Position numbers and translations under genes: made by a program
From: Telmatocola sphagniphila
GTDB lineage: Bacteria; Planctomycetota; Planctomycetia; Gemmatales; Gemmataceae
Direction of reading: 5' to 3'
DNA: 32,000 nt
Assembly: GCF_018398935.1 (NCBI RefSeq)
Contig: NZ_CP074694.1
Location: 1,770,001 to 1,802,000, forward strand
In this document: positions 25,915-32,000 of the stretch, in pieces
How the letters are laid out: the number at the start of each line of letters is the position of its first letter
Position numbering within the stretch: the first letter of the stretch is position 1
Notes under the pieces: model-generated
The model's database searches: none
What the model was told of the DNA's origin: nothing
The model's input: the letters and a program-made list of their open reading frames with translations, nothing else

Positions 25915-27348
25915 ATGAGCCAGAAGACCTGGGGGGGCCGCTTTACCGTTTCGACCGATAAACGGGTCGAGCTTTTCACGGAATCGATCAGTTTCGATCA
26001 AAGGCTGTACAAGCATGACATTCGCGCCAGTCAGGCCCACGCCCGCATGCTCGGGGAAGTCGGTTTACTGACCAACGACGAAGCGAAAAAAATCTGCGAA
26101 GCTTTGAACGAAATCGGCGAAACGATCGAAGCCGGAAAGATGGAATTCCGGATTGAACTCGAAGATATTCACACTCATATCGAACGAGCCCTGATCGAGC
26201 GTTTAGGCGATCTCGGCCGCAAACTGCACACCGGCCGGAGTCGAAACGACCAAGTCGTTACCGATGTGAAACTTTGGACCCGCGAAGCCATCGATCAGCT
26301 CGATAAAGACCTCGCTGAAGTCCAAAAAGCCTTTCTGGTACTCGCGGAGAAATCGAAAGACCTGGTACTGCCCGGCTATACCCACATGCAGCGGGCCCAA
26401 CCGATTCTGGCCGCGCACTACTGCCTGGCCTACGTCGAAAAATTCCAGCGTGACCGCGATCGGTTGCAGGACTGCCGGAAACGAGTGAATATTCTACCTT
26501 TGGGGGCGGCGGCCCTCGCGGGGACTTCTCTGCCGATCGATCGGCACAGTGTGGCCGCGCAATTAGAATTTGCCGAGGTGGCCCGCAACAGCCTGGATGT
26601 TTCCAGTGATCGCGATTTCACCCTCGAATTCCTGTATTGTCTGTCGAACATCGCCATCCATCTCTCCAGCTGGGCGGAAGAGTGGATTTTCTGGGCTTCC
26701 ACCGAGTTTGATTTTCTCATCCTTCCGGATGCTTTCTGCACGGGCAGCAGCATCATGCCGCACAAGAAAAATCCGGATGTTCTGGAGTTGACCCGCGGTA
26801 AAACCGGCCGGGTCATCGGGCATCTGCAGCACATGTTCATCACGCTCAAGGGCCTGCCCATGGCCTATAACCGCGATCTGCAGGAAGACAAACCGGCCCT
26901 CTTCGATTCCTTCGACACCGTGTCGCTGTCGTTACAAGTCGCCGCACCCATGATCGTGGAAACCCTGTTCAAGGCGGATCGGATTACCGCCCGGCTCGAG
27001 GACGGCTTCCTGGACGCCACGACCCTCATGGAGTACTTCATTTCCAAAGGCGTTCCGATGCGAAGTGCCCACGAAGCCATAGGCAATCTGGTCCGGGAAT
27101 GCGAGAGCCGCAAATGCCGTCTGGCGGAACTGCCGGTCGAAAAATTCGAAGACATTCTGCCCGGCCATGGTCCGGGAGTCTTCGCCCTGTTAGGTGTTCA
27201 GAAGTCGCTCACGTCTTTCCGGAGCTACGGTTCCACTTCGCCCACAGAAGTCCAGAAGCAGCTCGATTACTGGAATGAACTCTTTCAGGCTCCGGTGGAA
27301 TCGAAACCGGAAACCAGCGCCAAACTCAAAAAACGAAAGAAGAAGTAA
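25915..27348 (+). CDS. argH: argininosuccinate lyase
   Basis: WGGRFT...[26 protein letters not shown] and the signature [12 protein letters not shown]. It ends with an unusual basic tail, [10 protein letters not shown]. Confidence 0.95.
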   Translation: MSQKTWGGRFTVSTDKRVELFTESISFDQRLYKHDIRASQAHARMLGEVGLLTNDEAKKICEALNEIGETIEAGKMEFRIELEDIHTHIERALIERLGDLGRKLHTGRSRNDQVVTDVKLWTREAIDQLDKDLAEVQKAFLVLAEKSKDLVLPGYTHMQRAQPILAAHYCLAYVEKFQRDRDRLQDCRKRVNILPLGAAALAGTSLPIDRHSVAAQLEFAEVARNSLDVSSDRDFTLEFLYCLSNIAIHLSSWAEEWIFWASTEFDFLILPDAFCTGSSIMPHKKNPDVLELTRGKTGRVIGHLQHMFITLKGLPMAYNRDLQEDKPALFDSFDTVSLSLQVAAPMIVETLFKADRITARLEDGFLDATTLMEYFISKGVPMRSAHEAIGNLVRECESRKCRLAELPVEKFEDILPGHGPGVFALLGVQKSLTSFRSYGSTSPTEVQKQLDYWNELFQAPVESKPETSAKLKKRKKK

Positions 27349-27375
27349 AGCCGCCCCAGGTGGTAAGAGGAAATC

Positions 27376-28662
27376 ATGGATCATTTTCGATACGTTAATC
27401 GCGAATTGTTCTGCGAAGAAGTCCCCGTTCGGGAACTGGCGGAAAAATATGGTACGCCGCTGTACGTTTACAGTCAGGCCACCCTGCTCCACCATCTGAG
27501 CGAAATTCAGACGGCTTTTGCCTCCGCGAAACCGGTGGTCTGCTTCAGCATCAAAACCAATTTCAACCATCACATCAGCAAGTTGATGGCCCAGCATGGC
27601 AGCGGCTTCGACGTTACCAGCGGAGGCGAGTTGTATCGGGCACTGGCCGCCGGAGGCACCGGCGACAAGATCGTTTTTGCGGGAGTGGGCAAAACCGATG
27701 AAGAAATGAAGTACGGCCTGGGCAACAACGTCCTGTTATTCAACGTGGAAAGCGAGCAGGAACTGCATGCCCTGGGCGCTGTGGCTCAATCGATGGGTAA
27801 AGTGGCTCCGGTGGCCCTGCGCGTGAACCCGGATCTGCCGCCGAAAACTCACGTGAAGACAGATACCTCCGTCAAAGGTGTGAAATTCGGACTGGATATC
27901 GAAACGATTCTCGATGTCGCCCAGGGTGTAGTCGGCCATCCCGGCTTGAGCATCGTCGGACTGCATATGCATCTGGGGTCGCCGATTCTTTCCAACGAGC
28001 CCTATAAAGCCGGCGGAGAAAAAGGGCTGAAACTGATCGCGGAACTGCGGAAGCAGGGGCATCCGATCAAATTCCTGAACATGGGAGGCGGGTTCGGCAT
28101 TCACTACCGCAAGCAGGAGGCCCTGCCCGCTAAAGCCTTTGCCGATGTGATTCTGCCGATTGTGAAGGAAGCCAACTGCCAGTTGGTTTTGGAACCGGGC
28201 CGCTTCATTGTCGGAAATGCCGGGATTCTCCTGGGTCGCGTGATATTCACTAAAGAATCGGGCGGCAAGCATTACATCATCCAGGACGCGGCCATGAACG
28301 ATCTGATTCGGCCGACGCTCTACGATTCGTTCCATCGCATCTGGCCGACCCATCCCGCCGCGGATTTACCGGCTCCGCCTGAGGATTATGAAGCCGAAAT
28401 TCCCCAAACTTTCAAACAAAATGTGGTGGGACCCGTTTGTGAATCCGGGGACTTTCTGGCAAAAGATCGCAACTTGCCGAAGGTTCAGCGGGGCGATTTA
28501 CTCGCGGTTTTTAGTGCTGGTGCTTACGGGATGGCGATGAGTTCCAATTACAACAGCCGACTGCGAGCGGCCGAGGTCCTCGTTACGGGCGGCAAACACA
28601 GACTAATCCGACGCCGGGAAACCTATCAGGACTTACTCGCGCCAGAACTTGATTGCAAATGA
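27376..28662 (+). CDS. lysA: diaminopimelate decarboxylase
   Basis: LAEKYGTPLYVYS, the PLP-Lys region CFSIKTN, HMHLGS, GGGFGI and the C-terminal CESGD...GAYGMAMSSNYN. Confidence 0.95.
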   Translation: MDHFRYVNRELFCEEVPVRELAEKYGTPLYVYSQATLLHHLSEIQTAFASAKPVVCFSIKTNFNHHISKLMAQHGSGFDVTSGGELYRALAAGGTGDKIVFAGVGKTDEEMKYGLGNNVLLFNVESEQELHALGAVAQSMGKVAPVALRVNPDLPPKTHVKTDTSVKGVKFGLDIETILDVAQGVVGHPGLSIVGLHMHLGSPILSNEPYKAGGEKGLKLIAELRKQGHPIKFLNMGGGFGIHYRKQEALPAKAFADVILPIVKEANCQLVLEPGRFIVGNAGILLGRVIFTKESGGKHYIIQDAAMNDLIRPTLYDSFHRIWPTHPAADLPAPPEDYEAEIPQTFKQNVVGPVCESGDFLAKDRNLPKVQRGDLLAVFSAGAYGMAMSSNYNSRLRAAEVLVTGGKHRLIRRRETYQDLLAPELDCK

Positions 28663-28748
28663 GCCATTAGGCGGTGATGCTATGATTAGGATGTAATGCT
28701 TTGCAGAGTCCGCACGTACCCGTGCGGGCGCACGTCGGAGGTTTACCC

Positions 28749-31124
28749 GTGCCGCACCGTTATTTAGTTTGGGCAATTGCCGGTCTCCTGACTTACAGTG
28801 TAGCGTACGCCCAATCAGAACCGGAATATTACTCAAAACCGGAAAAAGTTGCAGAATACTGGCGTGCTGTCAAATTCGAAGTGAGCATCGGCAAATATGA
28901 AATGGCCGCCTCGCTCATCAAAGGCCTGCTGGAAAAAAATCCCACCGACGAAGAACTTCTAGCGATCGAAGCCAAAGATGGCATGGCCCCCCTGCTACGG
29001 CTCCGCAATATCCCGGTCTGGACCAAGCTCAGCTTCCCGGCAATTGAAGACAAATTCCGGCGGAAACAGGCCGAAGAAAAAGCGACGGCGTTGAATGAGG
29101 AATACAAGAAAAACGCGGAGACCCTGATTCAGAAGGTTTCTGCGGCGGTCAAGGCCAAGCTCGGCGATACCAAGCAGATCGCTAAATTCGCCGCCAATCT
29201 GCGTGCGACTCCCGAAGAGGCGGCCTTCGCCGAAAAAGAGCTCTATCGAAGTGGCTCGGCGGCCATCCCCGTTCTCATTTCGCTAATGAAAACCGATGAG
29301 GATCTGCGCCTCCCCATCCGGCAGACCTTGTCGCGACTCGATCTTTCCACGGTCCCGGTAGTACTGGCTTGTCTCGAAATTCCCGATCCCAGCCTGCAGC
29401 TGGAACTGCTGGAAGCGCTTCGCAATCGCGGCGATTACTTCAGCTTGCCCGCTCAGGTTGAAACCGATCCCCTGCCGATTCTGAATTTTCTTTCTTCCAA
29501 ATTGGCTTCCATTCCCGAGCCGGTGCGCAGCAAAGCCGGCTCCATGCTGGAAGGGCTGAGCGTCAAGGATCCTAAGGACGCCCTGGTTCCCGAGTTGAAC
29601 ACACCTCAAGGACAGTTGTGGAAGGCCGCGAATAAACTTTATGAGCACAAAGGTCGATTCCGCGACACCAATCAGGTAACCCTTTGGACGGCGGAAGCCG
29701 CGGATAAGATTACCTCTCGAACCGGTAGCGTTTCGGATGGCGAGGAATTCTTCGGACTGAAATATCTTCGCTGGAGTTTGAAGATCCAGCCCGATTTTCT
29801 CCGCTCGCAGCAGTTGTTTCTGAAGCTGGCTATAGAGAAGCACTTTCAACGAACGGGCTTGGATAAACCCCTTAACCTCACCTCCCCGGAACTGCACGAG
29901 TTGCTGGTCGGAGCTCCCTATGATCTTCTGAGCGATCTGCTCGTGAGTTCCATCCAGGAGCAGAAATCGGGTGTGGCACTCGGCGTTATTCAGGCTCTGA
30001 GCGATCGGATCGATCCGCGAGCCGTGGCCACTTCGAAACGAGCGAACGAAAAAATCGAACGCCCTGCTCTTTTGGAAGAAGCTCTGAATCATCCGGATTT
30101 CCGAGTGCAATTAGCCGCTGCGGTGGCCATTCTGAAAATCAGCACCAAAAAGCCACTCGCGCCGGACGCGGTTGTCAAAATCCTCTCCCAGGCCGTTCGA
30201 AATGGCGTGGAATCGGCTCAAAAAGGGAAACCGACGGCTTTGATTGGGGATTTTGATCAACTGCGGGGCCAATCACTCGCCAATCTGGTTCGCAAGGCCG
30301 GCTTTGACGTCGAATGGATTCGGACGGGCAAAGATCTGCTTCGTCGGATCGTCAGCGATTCAAACGTCGATCTCGTGATTCTGGATACCTCGATTCCCGG
30401 ACCGCCGGTCAGCGATGTGATTGCTCAGATGCGGTCCGACAATCGCATGAAATCGATACCCGTGCTTTTCAGCCAGGGTTTCGAAAATAAGACGACGAAG
30501 AAGGAAAGCCTGATCAAGCTCGCCGGTTATTACCGAAATGTCGTGCTGGTCAACGAAATGCTGACCGACGACGCGGTTAAAGAGGGCCTGAGCAAGGTGC
30601 TGATTTCGGCCGATACCCAAGTCCTTTCCCTGGAAGAGAAGAAGCGAAATGCCGCGGTGGCCATCGAATGGCTGAAGCGAATTGCCTTGGGCGAGCGAGT
30701 GGGCTATCCCATCGCTCCTGCGGCAAACGCCATCCGGGAAGCCCTGAGCGATTCCGAACTGGTGAATCAGGCCATCGAAGCTAGTTCCAACATTCCCAAC
30801 AAGGAATTGCAGCAAGATTTGGCGAATCTGTTCCTGAATGCCGGCCAACCGGTGGAATTACGGGTGAAAGCCGCGGATGCGGTTATCAAGCAGTTCCAGC
30901 AGTTCGGCGCCGGTTTGGCGCCGAACCAGCTCAAGATCATGAACGATCTTCTGAAGACCGAAACCAATCCGGTCATCAAAGGGAAGCTCACTGCTCTATT
31001 GGGCGTTATTCAAGCCAACAGCAAGCTGACGGGGGAAGCGCTCCAGGGTTACAGCCCGAAGTTCTCGTCAACCCCGCCGACAGCGCCTTCGAGCGACGCC
31101 CCAGCGCCCAAGGAAAAGAACTAA
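28749..31124 (+). CDS. exported HEAT-repeat protein with embedded receiver-like (REC) domain
   Basis: GTG 28749 lies 7 nt after GGAGG (28737-41) and gives the signal peptide MPHRYLVWAIAGLLTYSVAYAQS. HEAT-like repeats include ALNHPDFRVQLAAAVAILKI and PVELRVKAADAVIKQF. The REC-like block at nt ~30228-30605 contains ALIGDFD and DLVILDTSIPGPP...IPVLFS. The tracked ORF starts at TTG 28701. Confidence 0.6.
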   Translation: MPHRYLVWAIAGLLTYSVAYAQSEPEYYSKPEKVAEYWRAVKFEVSIGKYEMAASLIKGLLEKNPTDEELLAIEAKDGMAPLLRLRNIPVWTKLSFPAIEDKFRRKQAEEKATALNEEYKKNAETLIQKVSAAVKAKLGDTKQIAKFAANLRATPEEAAFAEKELYRSGSAAIPVLISLMKTDEDLRLPIRQTLSRLDLSTVPVVLACLEIPDPSLQLELLEALRNRGDYFSLPAQVETDPLPILNFLSSKLASIPEPVRSKAGSMLEGLSVKDPKDALVPELNTPQGQLWKAANKLYEHKGRFRDTNQVTLWTAEAADKITSRTGSVSDGEEFFGLKYLRWSLKIQPDFLRSQQLFLKLAIEKHFQRTGLDKPLNLTSPELHELLVGAPYDLLSDLLVSSIQEQKSGVALGVIQALSDRIDPRAVATSKRANEKIERPALLEEALNHPDFRVQLAAAVAILKISTKKPLAPDAVVKILSQAVRNGVESAQKGKPTALIGDFDQLRGQSLANLVRKAGFDVEWIRTGKDLLRRIVSDSNVDLVILDTSIPGPPVSDVIAQMRSDNRMKSIPVLFSQGFENKTTKKESLIKLAGYYRNVVLVNEMLTDDAVKEGLSKVLISADTQVLSLEEKKRNAAVAIEWLKRIALGERVGYPIAPAANAIREALSDSELVNQAIEASSNIPNKELQQDLANLFLNAGQPVELRVKAADAVIKQFQQFGAGLAPNQLKIMNDLLKTETNPVIKGKLTALLGVIQANSKLTGEALQGYSPKFSSTPPTAPSSDAPAPKEKN

Positions 31125-31147
31125 ACCAACAATTCGCGGACCTTCTA

Positions 31148-31180
31148 GCGAGAGAGCATTTTCCCTCGCTTTTATGTTTC
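31148..31180 (+). terminator. weak rho-independent terminator candidate
   Basis: GCGAG (31148-52) / CTCGC (31165-69) form a stem extendable by one G-C pair, followed by TTTTATGTTT. The stem is short. Confidence 0.35.
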
Positions 31181-32000
31181 AGCCTTCAAAGCGGAAATCC
31201 GAATCGAGTGATTCCCGCAGCAAAAAACCAAACGCTACAAAAACCAGACTGGTATGGTGATGCCAGCCCAGCCAGTTCCGGCCCTCAAAGTGTCCTAAGC
31301 CCAAATTGTTTCGCAACCACTCGTACAACCTAAAAACGCAGCGGCCATCTTCGGGGGACTCTTGCAGGTTAGCACAATTATGGAATTGTCGAGATTGCAA
31401 TCCATCGGAGAACTGGCCGGTCAGGGAGTAGCCCTCCTCGGCGTACATACGGCCGAAAGTGATGTCTTTGAATTGAAGGTCGTCGAGCATATTCAGGGCG
31501 ATGGTCGCTTTGGGAGAATATTGGCGGGCGGACAGCGGAATCGAAGAATCGAACTTCTGCTCGAGATTCGCCCGGAGCCACTGGTTGGGCAGATAAAGCC
31601 GGACCGCCAAGGGCACGGCAAAACGTTCAGAGGTGGCTGTGATTGCCACGGCCACCTGGCAGTTGGATTTCCGCCCCAGACTGCGGGCCAGCTGTCTTTG
31701 AACCCCGACGGAATGACGGCCTTTTTTCGGGTAAACGATATCGTGCACTACCCAATCGGTCTTTTCCCAAGGAAGCAATTCCGCGAGGAACTGCCGGTAG
31801 CGTTTCAGCAATAAATCGTGATTCCAAGGGCTCTGAGCGATGAAGTGCTGTAGGGCCTGGCCGAAATCGGGCTGAGCGGATACGTACGGCAAAGACGCGG
31901 TTGCAATCGATTCGATGTTCTTGCGTTCGGCTTTCGAGAGCAGGCCCAAGATGTAGGCTCGGAACCGCTGGAACTGATCCGATCGTTGAAAAACCGTCTT
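31179..32000 (-). CDS. IS701/IS4-like DDE transposase, 5' end beyond the window; possibly degenerate
   Basis: The - strand frame stays open to base 32000 (..KTVFQRSDQFQRFRAYILGLLSKAERKNIESIA..), matching the IS701-family N-terminal pattern. It also has VVHDIVYPKKGRHSVGVQRQ, AEEGYS and the C-terminal LGLGHFEGRNWLGWHHHTSLVFVAFGFL. No terminal inverted repeats are identifiable because the other end is outside the window. Confidence 0.65.
   Translation of the reverse strand, partial: KTVFQRSDQFQRFRAYILGLLSKAERKNIESIATASLPYVSAQPDFGQALQHFIAQSPWNHDLLLKRYRQFLAELLPWEKTDWVVHDIVYPKKGRHSVGVQRQLARSLGRKSNCQVAVAITATSERFAVPLAVRLYLPNQWLRANLEQKFDSSIPLSARQYSPKATIALNMLDDLQFKDITFGRMYAEEGYSLTGQFSDGLQSRQFHNCANLQESPEDGRCVFRLYEWLRNNLGLGHFEGRNWLGWHHHTSLVFVAFGFLLRESLDSDFRFEG

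Noticed and set aside
25280-25918. 212-aa Arg-rich ORF on the + strand
   Set aside because: It is an alternative frame inside aspS. Its extreme Arg/Gly/Pro composition is typical of an off-frame read of a GC-rich gene.
29283-30110. 275-aa ORF on the - strand
   Set aside because: It is antisense to the HEAT/REC gene and has no motifs. The sense frame has a signal peptide, an SD and repeat structure.
1-32000. CRISPR arrays, rRNA or tRNA genes
   Set aside because: No regularly spaced repeats were found beyond the single 17-nt pair at 21246-21290. No conserved rRNA or tRNA motifs were seen on either strand.

Overview
The window is about 53-55% GC and almost entirely coding, mostly on the + strand. 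By inference it comes from a Planctomycetota (Gemmataceae-like) chromosome: it has an excisionase-HTH plus receiver regulator, a planctomycete-style secretin-like paralog, Pro/Asn-rich linkers and signal-peptide HEAT-repeat proteins. Gene order from left to right follows. (1) A partial ABC ATPase, then an Ldh_2-family oxidoreductase (- strand) and an aldose-1-epimerase-like gene. (2) An operon of ABC ATPase, a large polytopic permease and a secretin-like exported protein, closed by a strong terminator. (3) A promoter followed by two family-1 glycosyltransferases, one with two GT domains. (4) A small exported protein, a rhodanese, an MGS-like/amidohydrolase fusion and a quinone oxidoreductase (- strand). 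(5) A homogentisate (tyrosine catabolism) operon, hppD - [two foreign genes] - FAH-family hydrolase - hmgA - flavin reductase - GNAT. (6) A 660-bp non-coding gap, an HTH-receiver regulator and a TAT-exported FAD oxidoreductase. (7) aspS, argH, lysA, then a large exported HEAT-repeat protein with an embedded receiver-like domain. (8) An IS701-like transposase gene running off the right edge. The main hit sits at the window centre (16120-17884): an AT-rich two-gene cassette encoding a compact SMC/OLD-type ABC ATPase and a TOPRIM-like protein. This is a split-OLD / PARIS-like / AbiL-like candidate anti-phage module. It is joined by overlapping stop/start codons into the hppD-fah junction, and the downstream FAH gene appears to lack its N-terminal domain. 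No rRNA, tRNA or CRISPR array was found. All family assignments rest on motifs read by eye; no database search was run.
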